NCBI GenBank assembly: GCA_038078555.1
Contig: JBBTYQ010000001.1
Location: forward strand, 60,966-124,965
Origin: Patescibacteria group bacterium
Lineage (GTDB): Bacteria; Patescibacteriota; Minisyncoccia; UBA6257; UBA9933
DNA: 64,000 nt
Direction: 5' to 3'
Shown here one piece after another: positions 47,798 to 56,775 of the stretch (the stretch's first letter is position 1; each line of letters opens with the position of its first letter). The notes under the pieces were generated by a model. That model worked only from the letters and a program-made list of their open reading frames with translations, was not told where the DNA came from and made no database searches. Made by a program: the position numbers and the translations under genes.

Positions 47798-49264
47798 ATG
47801 GATAATAACAGCGAAACAACTTTATTCGGAAAAACTACTTTTAGAAATCAAATGGTTCGTTTTGGCATCAAAACCGACGATCGTCGCCGGCATGTTTATA
47901 TTGTTGGTAAAACCGGTGTCGGCAAAACAACGCTTTTGGAGAGTTTGACTATAGCTGACATTAGAGCTGGCCGCGGTTTGGCTGTGGTTGACCCTCACGG
48001 CGAGTATGCTGAACGAATGTTGGAATTTATTCCGGAAAATAGAATTGACGATGTTATTTATTTTAACCCGGCTGACCTTAGTAATCCGATTGCTTTTAAT
48101 CCCCTGGAGTCAATTGACCCGGAATATCGCCATTTAGTTGCCTCAGGCATTATGGGCGTGTTTAAAAAAATTTGGCCCGATGTTTGGTCAGCCAGAATGG
48201 AATATATATTAAACAACGCTCTTGTGTCGCTTTTGGAATATCCCGGCGCAACTTTGCTTGGCATCATGAGAATGCTTTCGGAAAAAGATTATCGAGCTAA
48301 GGTGGTGGAAAATTTGAAAGACCCGGTTGTAAAAGCTTTCTGGGTTAATGAGTTCGCCCGTTATACTCAAAGACTTGAAACCGAAGCAGTAGCGGCTATT
48401 CAAAACAAAGTCGGCCAATTCGTGACTAATCCTATGGTGAGAAATATTATAGGCCAGCCTCATTCCACTATCGATATGAGAAAAATAATGGATGAAGGAA
48501 AAATTTTAATTGTTAATCTTTCTAAGGGAAGAATCGGCGAAGATAATTCAGCTCTTTTGGGAGCAATGATGATTACCAAGCTTCAGTTGGCGGCTATGTC
48601 GAGAGTTGACACGCCGATGGAAAAGCGCCGTGATTTTTATCTTTACGTTGACGAATTTCAGAATTTTGCCACCGAATCTTTCGCTGATATTTTATCGGAA
48701 GCGAGGAAATACCGCCTTAATTTAATCTTGGCCCATCAATATATTGAACAGCTTTCCGAAGAAGTTCAGGCTGCTGTTTTCGGCAATGTCGGCACCTTGG
48801 TTTGTTTTAGAGTCGGCGCCACAGATGCTGAATTCCTGGAAAAAGAATTAATGCCGGAATTTAATGCTCAAGACTTAGTCAATTTGTCAAAATATAATAT
48901 TTATTTGAAGCTGATGATTGACGGCATGGCTTCCAAGGCTTTTTCCGCTCAGACTCTTGACCCGTTTGAGCCGGCCATAGAATCTTTTAAAGACGTTATT
49001 ATTCAAAACAGCCAAAACAAATACGGCGTCCCCCGTTCTATTATTGAAGAAAAAATCGCTGAAGAGTGGAAATCTGAAGCGAAAATTTTTGAAGATAAAA
49101 CTTTGCGCCGCAGCGAACAGCCTCTTTCCAAAATTCTTACTCCTCAAGGCGTACCTTTTAAAAAAGAAGCTGCACCTTCAAGAGAAAGAGAAAAAAAAGA
49201 AGTTGATGTTGATGAATTAAGGAGAGCGATAGAGGAATCGTTAAGAAAAAGAGAAGATAAATAA
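47798..49264 (+). CDS. TraD/TrwB (type IV coupling protein)/HerA-like ATPase
   Basis: RRRHVYIVGKTGVGKT, DPHGE, YVDEFQNF, SEARKY, AHQY. Confidence 0.85.
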   Translation: MDNNSETTLFGKTTFRNQMVRFGIKTDDRRRHVYIVGKTGVGKTTLLESLTIADIRAGRGLAVVDPHGEYAERMLEFIPENRIDDVIYFNPADLSNPIAFNPLESIDPEYRHLVASGIMGVFKKIWPDVWSARMEYILNNALVSLLEYPGATLLGIMRMLSEKDYRAKVVENLKDPVVKAFWVNEFARYTQRLETEAVAAIQNKVGQFVTNPMVRNIIGQPHSTIDMRKIMDEGKILIVNLSKGRIGEDNSALLGAMMITKLQLAAMSRVDTPMEKRRDFYLYVDEFQNFATESFADILSEARKYRLNLILAHQYIEQLSEEVQAAVFGNVGTLVCFRVGATDAEFLEKELMPEFNAQDLVNLSKYNIYLKLMIDGMASKAFSAQTLDPFEPAIESFKDVIIQNSQNKYGVPRSIIEEKIAEEWKSEAKIFEDKTLRRSEQPLSKILTPQGVPFKKEAAPSREREKKEVDVDELRRAIEESLRKREDK

Positions 49265-49426
49265 TCTCGAATTTTTGAGGGCAAACTTGACACATAGCAA
49301 CGACATTGATTTAATTGACGAATGCGAAAATAAAGTAAAAAATTTTCAGCGAATTTAAAAAGAATTTCAAATCGAAATTCGATAAACTAAAAAGCTAACG
49401 AGCTGGCAAGCTAATTGGCTAAAATC

Positions 49427-49501
49427 GCTCCTATCGTCTAGTCTGGTCTAGGACATCGGCTTTTCAAGCCGGTAACCCGGGTTCGAATCCCGGTGGGAGC
49501 A
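49427..49501 (+). tRNA. tRNA-Glu(TTC)
   Basis: GCTCCTA/TGGGAGC acceptor; TCGGC-TTTTCAA-GCCGG; GGTTCGAATCC. Confidence 0.95.
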
Positions 49502-49526
49502 CAGAATAAATAAACACAGAATAAAT

Positions 49527-49557
49527 AAAAAAGCGCAAACTTAGTTTGCGCTTTTTT
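49527..49557. terminator. bidirectional terminator
   Basis: AAAAAAGCGCAAAC-TTA-GTTTGCGCTTTTTT. Confidence 0.8.
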
Positions 49558-49918
49558 GACACTGCCTGATTCGCTCGCCGTTTATAATAACATTTACTGT
49601 AATATCAGAGGAAAGAATCTCTATTTTTTGAAGAAAGATAATGCAATCTTTATCATTGCCGGTGTTATTGGCATTAGATCGATAAATGCCAATAATCAAT
49701 ATTTTCCCGCTGATATTATTTCTTTCCATTACTACCGCGTCTCCCGGATATAAAACAAATAGTCTATCTTCGTAGTCGCCATTCCCTATCACTTCTTTCC
49801 AGATGGTGATTTGTCCGATATATCGGTCCACCGGTAAAGCAAACGCTTTTTCGCTTAGGATAATCATTGCGCACATCATTACTGCCAGCATCATGACCAG
49901 TTTTTTCATATCAGCCAT
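49541..49918 (-). CDS. orphan secreted hypothetical protein
   Basis: MKKLVMMLAV..AFA signal peptide; promoter TTGCAT-17-TATAAT at 49988-49960. Confidence 0.6.
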   Translation of the reverse strand: MADMKKLVMMLAVMMCAMIILSEKAFALPVDRYIGQITIWKEVIGNGDYEDRLFVLYPGDAVVMERNNISGKILIIGIYRSNANNTGNDKDCIIFLQKIEILSSDITVNVIINGERIRQCQKSAN

Positions 49919-50050
49919 CCTTATTTAAATTGTCAAATAAGCTGTTTATTCTTTTATATATTATACATTATTTTTTATAATTATGCAAGTTGCGTATTTT
50001 TTTGTAGCAATGCTTCTTCTTTTTGTTTGCCGACCATTAATTTTATTAAG

Positions 50051-50129
50051 AAACGGCTCATCTAAAAAAAACGGATGAGCCGTTTTTTATTCAGCAGCTA
50101 TGCTGGTTTTTAGAGAATCGGCTCATCGC
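50051..50129. repeat. TGAGCCG/CGGCTCA palindromic repeat cluster
   Basis: AAACGGCTCATC...GATGAGCCGTTT...AATCGGCTCATC; aligns with 26431-26507. Confidence 0.75.
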
Positions 50130-50176
50130 TATTTTGCCATTTTCATTAAATTTTTTGTTTGCTATGATGAATTTAT

Positions 50177-51289
50177 ATGAAAATTTTAGCTGTTGAAACT
50201 TCTTGCGATGAAACAGCCATTGCCCTGCTTGAAGTAAGTAGGGGGCTTAAAAACCCAAAATTTAAAATTATCGAGAATCTAGTCGCTTCGCAAATTAAAA
50301 TCCATCAACCTTATGGCGGCGTGGTGCCTAATTTGGCAAAAAGAGAGCATTTAAGAAATCTGCCACTGCTATGGCAGAAAATTATGAATAGTGAAATAGG
50401 AATTAAGGGGAAGATCAAAAATAAAAAAACAATAACTCATAATTCCAAATCCATAATTCCTGATATTATCGCCGTTACTGTTGGTCCGGGTTTGGAGCCG
50501 GCTTTATGGACCGGCATTAATTTTGCCAAAGATCTGGCTAAAAAACTAAAAAAACCGATTATCGGCGTAAGTCATTTGGAAGGGCATTTATACAGCTTTT
50601 TGCTTCAGCAAAAAGATACAAAAAAAAATACAAAAAAAAATAAAAGCGGAAAACAAAAAATAAAGGTCAAAAAAATATTTCCGGCCATTGCTTTAATTGT
50701 GAGCGGCGGACACACGATTTTATTATTGATGAAGGATGAATCTCATTATAAGAAGCTGGGAGAGACTAGAGATGACGCGATTGGCGAAGCGTTTGATAAA
50801 GTTGCAAGATTGTTAAAGCTGAGCTATCCGGGTGGTCCGGAAATAGAGAGACTTGCTAAATTAGGCGACTCGAAAGCGATTGATTTTCCCCGGCCGATGA
50901 TAAATCAAAAAAATTACGATTTCAGCTTTTCCGGACTTAAAACCGCTGTTTTGTATTATTTAAGAGACCAAAAAAATACGAAGCTCAATGACGTGGCAGC
51001 GAGTTTTCAGGCATCAGCTTTTGATGTTGTAATCGCCAAAGCTATTCGTGCGGCAAAAGAATTTAAAGCAGAATCAATTATGGTCTCCGGCGGCGTGGCC
51101 GCAAATCAGGAATTAAAAAAAGAATTCAAACTGGCAATAAAAGATAAATTTTCAAAAAAAGAAGCGCCTGAATTAATAATAACAAAATTTCCCACTGACA
51201 ATGCCGCTATGATTGCCGCGGCCGCGTATTTTAATCATTTAAACAAAAAAAAGCGCCGTTTGGTTGCTCAGGGCAGTCTTTCTTTATAA
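50177..51289 (+). CDS. tsaD: tRNA t6A transferase TsaD
   Basis: ETSCDET, GGVVP, GPGL, HLEGH, VSGGHT, DDAIGEAFDK, SFSGLKT, TDNAAMI. Confidence 0.96.
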   Translation: MKILAVETSCDETAIALLEVSRGLKNPKFKIIENLVASQIKIHQPYGGVVPNLAKREHLRNLPLLWQKIMNSEIGIKGKIKNKKTITHNSKSIIPDIIAVTVGPGLEPALWTGINFAKDLAKKLKKPIIGVSHLEGHLYSFLLQQKDTKKNTKKNKSGKQKIKVKKIFPAIALIVSGGHTILLLMKDESHYKKLGETRDDAIGEAFDKVARLLKLSYPGGPEIERLAKLGDSKAIDFPRPMINQKNYDFSFSGLKTAVLYYLRDQKNTKLNDVAASFQASAFDVVIAKAIRAAKEFKAESIMVSGGVAANQELKKEFKLAIKDKFSKKEAPELIITKFPTDNAAMIAAAAYFNHLNKKKRRLVAQGSLSL

Positions 51290-51365
51290 GATTAGTTAAT
51301 TGAATATCAATTTCTAATAATATTTTAATCTGATTAAAAGCAGTTCAACGTTAAAAGTTTGAAAT

Positions 51366-52442
51366 ATGATTTCCTTTATCAAGCAATTAAATTGGAAGCT
51401 TATCTTGCCTGTTTTATTTTTGGCTCTAATGGGATTTTTGAGTTTTTTAAGCACCAAGCCGGATTTATTTTATAAGCAATTTTTTTGGTATCTTGCGGGA
51501 TTTGTCGCAATTTTTTTTATTATTCGGTTTGATTGGCGGCCGTATATCAATTATCGCGGCGCTATTTTTGGAATTTATTTTTTCAGTATTTTTCTTTTGG
51601 TTTTGACTTATTTTGTTGCGCCGTCCATAAGAGGCGTCAGAAGCTGGCTGCCTTTGGGTCCGATTCAGTTTCAGAGTTCTGAATTGCTGAAACTAGCTTT
51701 GATTATTTTGTATGCTTATTTTTTTAGCCGCAAGCATTTGGCTATTGCCCGGGTTTCTAATTTAATCGCTTCTTTTATTTATTTTTTTCTGCCGGTAGTT
51801 TTAATCGCGCTTCAGCCCGATTTAGGTTCGGCTTTAGTGGTTTTCTTTTTATGGTTCGGCTTTCTTCTGGTTTCCGGTATTCGCTGGCGGCATCTTGTGG
51901 GAGCTTTCCTTATTTTTATTGTTTTAGGCGCTTTTCTTTGGACTAGTGTTTTACGGGATTATCAAAAAGAAAGGATCCTGGGAGTTTTTTTTCCGGAACG
52001 GGATCCTCTAGGAATCAGTTATAATGTAATCCAGTCAAAAATTACTATTGGTTCGGCTGGATTTTTCGGCAAAGGGTTTAATCAAGGCACTCAATTGCAA
52101 TTAGGATTTTTACCCGAGGCTCAGACGGACTTTGTTTTTGCCGCTATTATCGAGGAATGGGGGTTGATTGCCGGATTTTTAATAATTACTGCTTTTACGC
52201 TGATGGTTTTTGAAATAACAAAGATCGGACTTTATTCAGAAAATAATTTCAATCGTTTTATTTGTTTGGGTTCGGTTATGCTTTTTTCCAGTCAGTTTAT
52301 TTTAAATGTCGGTTCCAATCTTGGGCTTACGCCGGTAATCGGCGTCACTTTTCCTTTTTTAAGTTATGGCGGTTCGAGTTTGTTGATTAACCTTGCTTTA
52401 ATAGGTATTATTCAGTCAATTGATTTGAGGCGCTCGGCTTAA
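51366..52442 (+). CDS. rodA: SEDS peptidoglycan polymerase (RodA/FtsW family)
   Basis: QPDLGSA, YQKERI, YNVIQS, FLPEAQTDF, PFLSYGGSS. Confidence 0.88.
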   Translation: MISFIKQLNWKLILPVLFLALMGFLSFLSTKPDLFYKQFFWYLAGFVAIFFIIRFDWRPYINYRGAIFGIYFFSIFLLVLTYFVAPSIRGVRSWLPLGPIQFQSSELLKLALIILYAYFFSRKHLAIARVSNLIASFIYFFLPVVLIALQPDLGSALVVFFLWFGFLLVSGIRWRHLVGAFLIFIVLGAFLWTSVLRDYQKERILGVFFPERDPLGISYNVIQSKITIGSAGFFGKGFNQGTQLQLGFLPEAQTDFVFAAIIEEWGLIAGFLIITAFTLMVFEITKIGLYSENNFNRFICLGSVMLFSSQFILNVGSNLGLTPVIGVTFPFLSYGGSSLLINLALIGIIQSIDLRRSA

Positions 52443-52468
52443 TATTCTCGTCAAATTTAATTTTAGTA

Positions 52469-53479
52469 ATGAATAAAAAAAATAATTTTTTTATTATTCC
52501 GGCTATTGTTCTCGCGATTTTTTTATTTATTTTTATAGAAATTCAAGCGCCTGATTTTAATAGCCAGGAGGTGCCGGTAATTATAGATATTTCTTCCGGC
52601 CAGGGACTTTCTGAAATTGCCGGAATGGTTCACGATAAAAACCTTGCTAAGTCTGAAATTTTTTTTAAAGTATATGCGATTTTAAGGGGTCGGGCTCATC
52701 GCTTTCAAGCCGGCCGTTATATTTTTAGCGAGCCGGTTTCTGTTTCCGGGCTCGTCGAAATATTTTCTCAAGGACCAAAAGAAATTTCAGTTACTATCGT
52801 TCCCGGCATGACTATCGGGGAAATCGACCATCAATTGGCCTTGGCGGGTGTGATTAAAAAAAATGAGCTGATAAATTTTAAAGAAGAGTCGCCAAAATTA
52901 GCAAAATTAGAAAGATTAGAAAAAATATCAGGATCAAATATTAAAAATCTTGAAGGATTTCTTTTGCCGGATACTTATAGATTTTACCAAAATTCAAAGG
53001 TTGATTTTGTCGTGGATAAGGTTTTAAGCAACTTTGAAGATAAGGCCTTGACTTTTTTAAGAGGTAATGATAATATTTATCAAATTTTGATTCTCGCCTC
53101 TTTGTTGGAAAAAGAAGTGCCTGATTATGGCGAGCGTCAAATAGCCGCGGCAATTTTTAAGCGAAGGCTGAAAGTTGGAATGGCTTTGCAAGTTGATGCT
53201 ACGATTATTTACGCTAAATGCCAAGAGGCTTATTTAATAAATTGTCCGGAGCTGAAAAAAGAAGACTATAAAATCGATTCGCCTTATAATACCTATCTTT
53301 ATCCCGGCTTGCCCCCTGCGCCAATAAGTAACCCATCTCTGGAGTCAATTCAAGCAGTTATTAATTCAAAAGATTTAGGATATTGGTATTATCTCTCTGA
53401 TCCCAAAACTAAAAAAACAATTTTTTCCAAGACCCTAGATGAGCACAACCAAAACCGCGCCATATATCTATTAAATTGA
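52469..53479 (+). CDS. mltG: endolytic transglycosylase MltG
   Basis: LEGFLLPDTY, ASLLEKE, LQVDAT, SPYNTY..GLPPAPISNP. Confidence 0.92.
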   Translation: MNKKNNFFIIPAIVLAIFLFIFIEIQAPDFNSQEVPVIIDISSGQGLSEIAGMVHDKNLAKSEIFFKVYAILRGRAHRFQAGRYIFSEPVSVSGLVEIFSQGPKEISVTIVPGMTIGEIDHQLALAGVIKKNELINFKEESPKLAKLERLEKISGSNIKNLEGFLLPDTYRFYQNSKVDFVVDKVLSNFEDKALTFLRGNDNIYQILILASLLEKEVPDYGERQIAAAIFKRRLKVGMALQVDATIIYAKCQEAYLINCPELKKEDYKIDSPYNTYLYPGLPPAPISNPSLESIQAVINSKDLGYWYYLSDPKTKKTIFSKTLDEHNQNRAIYLLN

Positions 53480-53543
53480 TTTTACCCTTGGGGAGGGGCG
53501 TTTTTTGTTTTAAAAATAACAATAAAAAAATTTTAATAATATT

Positions 53544-56500
53544 ATGTCTAAATTAACGACTAAAGTTTTTTCGTCTCGCCCGGGAACATTCATTAATCAG
53601 CCCGCTTTGTCCGAGGTTCAGTCTGTTTCCTGGAATTGGTTTGTAAAAAAAGGATTGCGCGAACTTTTCGATGAAATTTCTCCGATTAAAGATGCTACTG
53701 GAAAAGAAATCGAAATCTATTTTTTAGATTATTATTTTGACGAACCTAAATACGACGAAGAAACAACTTGGCTTAAGGATTTAACTTACGAGGCGCCTTT
53801 GCGGGCAAAAGTCCGATTGGTTAATCATAGGACAAAAGAAACCAAAGACCAGGAAATTTATCTTGGTGATTTTCCTATAATGACCTCTCGGAGCACATTT
53901 ATTATTAACGGCGTAGAGCGCGTGGTTGTTTCCCAGATTATTCGTTCTTCCGGAGTTTATTTTATAGCCGACCTTTATCGCGGCAGAAAACTTTTTGGCG
54001 CCAAAATAATTCCAGATCGAGGCGCTTGGCTGGAGTTTTCCACTGACCCTGACGGTTTTTTGGGCGTTAAAATTGACCGGCATCGCAAAGCTCCGGTAAC
54101 GGATTTATTAAGAGTTTTCGCGAGTATCTCGGGCCGTAAAGATTTGGAAACGAATGAAGGAATTCTTAAATTTTTTTCCGATGTCGATACCGGATCTATT
54201 AAGTTTATAGAAGCAACGCTTAAAAAAAGCGAGACCAAGACCTCTCTTGAGTCTTATACGGAAATTTATAAGAGATTAAGGCCGGGAGATTTAGCTACTC
54301 CGGAAAATGCCAAAAGTTTGATTGATGCCATGTTTGAAAGAACTGACCGTTATAGTCTTTCCGCAGTCGGCCGGTTCAAGCTTAATCAAAGATTGGAAAT
54401 CGACCGGAAGAAAAGCAGTACTCTTATAGATATTGAAGATATCATCGCAATAATAAAAGAAATAATTAGGCTTAACGATAATCCGTCGGCTGAAATAGAC
54501 GATATTGACCATTTAGGCAATCGTCGAATCAGGGCGGTTGGCGAGCTTCTCCAAAGCCGTTTAAGAATCGGTTTTGCCCGGTTGCGTCGTATTGCTCAAG
54601 ACCGGATGTCGACGCTTGAAACCAATCTTTTAACTCCGATTCAAATTGTTAATGCTCGTCCGCTTACCGCTATTGTAAAGGAATTTTTTACTTCGTCTCA
54701 GCTTTCTCAATTCATGGACCAGGTTAATCCTTTAGCGGAATTGGAGCACAAAAGACTTTTTTCTTCGCTTGGTCCCGGAGGCTTAACCAGAGAAAGAGCG
54801 GGTTTTGAAGTAAGAGATGTCCATATATCTCACTATGGCCGCATTTGTCCGATTCAAACTCCTGAAGGCCAGAACATCGGCTTAATTAATCGTTTGGCTA
54901 ATTACGCCCGAGTTAATGAATTGGGATTTTTAGAAACTCCTTATGCCAAAGTAAAAAAAGGAAAAGTTATTAATGAAATAATTTGGCTTAATGCCTTAGA
55001 TGAAGAAAAATATAAAATCGCTCAAGGCAGCACGAGATTGGACAACGATGGAAAAATTATCGATGAAATTGTCGGCATTAGAATTAACGGCGAGCCGGCA
55101 ACTTGTTCTAAAGATGAAATTGATCTTATTGATGTTGCGCCTAATCAGATGACCAGCGTGGCTACGGCTTTGATTCCTTTTCTTGAGCACGATGACGCTA
55201 ACAGAGCTTTGATGGGATCAAACATGCAGCGCCAAGCCGTGCCCTCAATTATAGCCTCAGCGCCTTTTGTTTCTACTGGTATGGAAGAAAAAGCCGCTCA
55301 TGATTCCGGCCGACTTATTATTTCTGATATGAACGGAGAAGTTGTGTCTGTTGACGCTAATCATATTGTTATTCAGGAAGATAAAAATAAAAATAGAAAA
55401 ACTTATAATCTCCACAAATTTAAGCGGTCAAACTATTACACTGCTATTTCCCAAAAACCGCTTGTTGAAATCGGGCAGAAAGTGAAAAAAGGCGATGTTT
55501 TGGCTGACGCTTCTTCGACTGACAATGGAGTCCTGGCTTTAGGTCAGAATCTTCTTGTGGCTTTCTCATCGTGGGAAGGCGCTAATTTTGAAGATGCTAT
55601 TATTCTTTCGGAAAAAGTTGTTAAAGATGATTTATTCACCTCCATTCATATAGAAGATTTTTATTGCGATATCAGAGATACTAAGCTTGGTCCGGAAATG
55701 ACTACTCCTGATATTCCGAATGTTTCCGAAGAAAAATTAAAAAATCTTGATGAAGAAGGAATTATAAGAATCGGAGCCGAAGTAAGAGCTGGCGATATTT
55801 TGGTTGGAAAAATTTCTCCTAAGGGAGAAACAGAATTTTCCGCTGAAGAAAAATTGCTTAAAGCTATTTTCGGGGAAAAAGCCAGAGAAATCAAAGACAC
55901 TTCTTTGGTTTTACCTCACGGAAAATCCGGCCGAGTCACCAGTATTAAAATTTTTTCCCGCGATCGAGGCGATAAGCTTGACCCTGGAGTTATTAAAAGA
56001 ATTCAGGTTGAAGTGGCTCAATTAAGACGCGTAAGAGCCGGCGATAAATTGGCTGGCCGCCACGGCAACAAAGGTGTAATTTCTCAAATTCGTCCGGTTG
56101 AGGATATGCCTTATCTTGAAGACGGTACGCCGGTTGATATTATTTTAAATCCTTTAGGCGTTGCTTCGCGTATGAATTTAGGCCAGATTTTGGAAACCCA
56201 TTTAGGTCTGGCTGCTAATAAATTGGGCTATCGGGCGGTTTCCCCTATTTTTGTCGGCGCTACTGAAGAAGATATTAAAGGAGAGCTTAAAAAAGCCGGT
56301 TTGCCGGAGAGCGGAAAAATTCAGCTTTTCGACGGACGAACCGGTAAGGTTTTTTCCCGGCCAATTACTGTTGGCTATATATATATGTTAAAGCTTAACC
56401 ATTTAGTTGAAGACAAAATTCACATGAGGTCTATCGGCCCTTATTCCCTGATTACTCAGCAGCCTTTAGGCGGCAAGGCTCAATTCGGCGGACAAAGATT

Positions 56501-56774
56501 TGGAGAAATGGAAGTATGGGCTTTGGAGGGTTACGGCTCCGCCTACACTTTACAGGAAATGTTGACCATTAAATCTGACGATGTCTTGGGAAGAGCGGCC
56601 GCTTTTGAAGCAATTATCAAAGACGAGCCGATTAAAAGTCCGCACATTCCTTCTGCGTTTAATGTTTTGGTCAATGAAATTAAAGCTTTGGGTCTTGATG
56701 TTGAAATTATGACTAACTTGGAAGAAGTAAGAGAACCAAATAAAAATTCAAATAAAAAAGAAAATAACGATTAA
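53544..56774 (+). CDS. rpoB: RNA polymerase beta subunit
   Basis: DIDHLGNRR, SQFMDQ, GDKLAGRHGNKG, GGQRFGEMEVWALE. Confidence 0.99.
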   Translation: MSKLTTKVFSSRPGTFINQPALSEVQSVSWNWFVKKGLRELFDEISPIKDATGKEIEIYFLDYYFDEPKYDEETTWLKDLTYEAPLRAKVRLVNHRTKETKDQEIYLGDFPIMTSRSTFIINGVERVVVSQIIRSSGVYFIADLYRGRKLFGAKIIPDRGAWLEFSTDPDGFLGVKIDRHRKAPVTDLLRVFASISGRKDLETNEGILKFFSDVDTGSIKFIEATLKKSETKTSLESYTEIYKRLRPGDLATPENAKSLIDAMFERTDRYSLSAVGRFKLNQRLEIDRKKSSTLIDIEDIIAIIKEIIRLNDNPSAEIDDIDHLGNRRIRAVGELLQSRLRIGFARLRRIAQDRMSTLETNLLTPIQIVNARPLTAIVKEFFTSSQLSQFMDQVNPLAELEHKRLFSSLGPGGLTRERAGFEVRDVHISHYGRICPIQTPEGQNIGLINRLANYARVNELGFLETPYAKVKKGKVINEIIWLNALDEEKYKIAQGSTRLDNDGKIIDEIVGIRINGEPATCSKDEIDLIDVAPNQMTSVATALIPFLEHDDANRALMGSNMQRQAVPSIIASAPFVSTGMEEKAAHDSGRLIISDMNGEVVSVDANHIVIQEDKNKNRKTYNLHKFKRSNYYTAISQKPLVEIGQKVKKGDVLADASSTDNGVLALGQNLLVAFSSWEGANFEDAIILSEKVVKDDLFTSIHIEDFYCDIRDTKLGPEMTTPDIPNVSEEKLKNLDEEGIIRIGAEVRAGDILVGKISPKGETEFSAEEKLLKAIFGEKAREIKDTSLVLPHGKSGRVTSIKIFSRDRGDKLDPGVIKRIQVEVAQLRRVRAGDKLAGRHGNKGVISQIRPVEDMPYLEDGTPVDIILNPLGVASRMNLGQILETHLGLAANKLGYRAVSPIFVGATEEDIKGELKKAGLPESGKIQLFDGRTGKVFSRPITVGYIYMLKLNHLVEDKIHMRSIGPYSLITQQPLGGKAQFGGQRFGEMEVWALEGYGSAYTLQEMLTIKSDDVLGRAAAFEAIIKDEPIKSPHIPSAFNVLVNEIKALGLDVEIMTNLEEVREPNKNSNKKENND

Positions 56775-56775
56775 T

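Noticed and set aside
49265-49380. Possible gene remnant (…LIDECENKVKNFQRI) next to octamer repeats
   Set aside because: Too short and without a start codon; similarity to four-helix-bundle proteins cannot be supported by eye.
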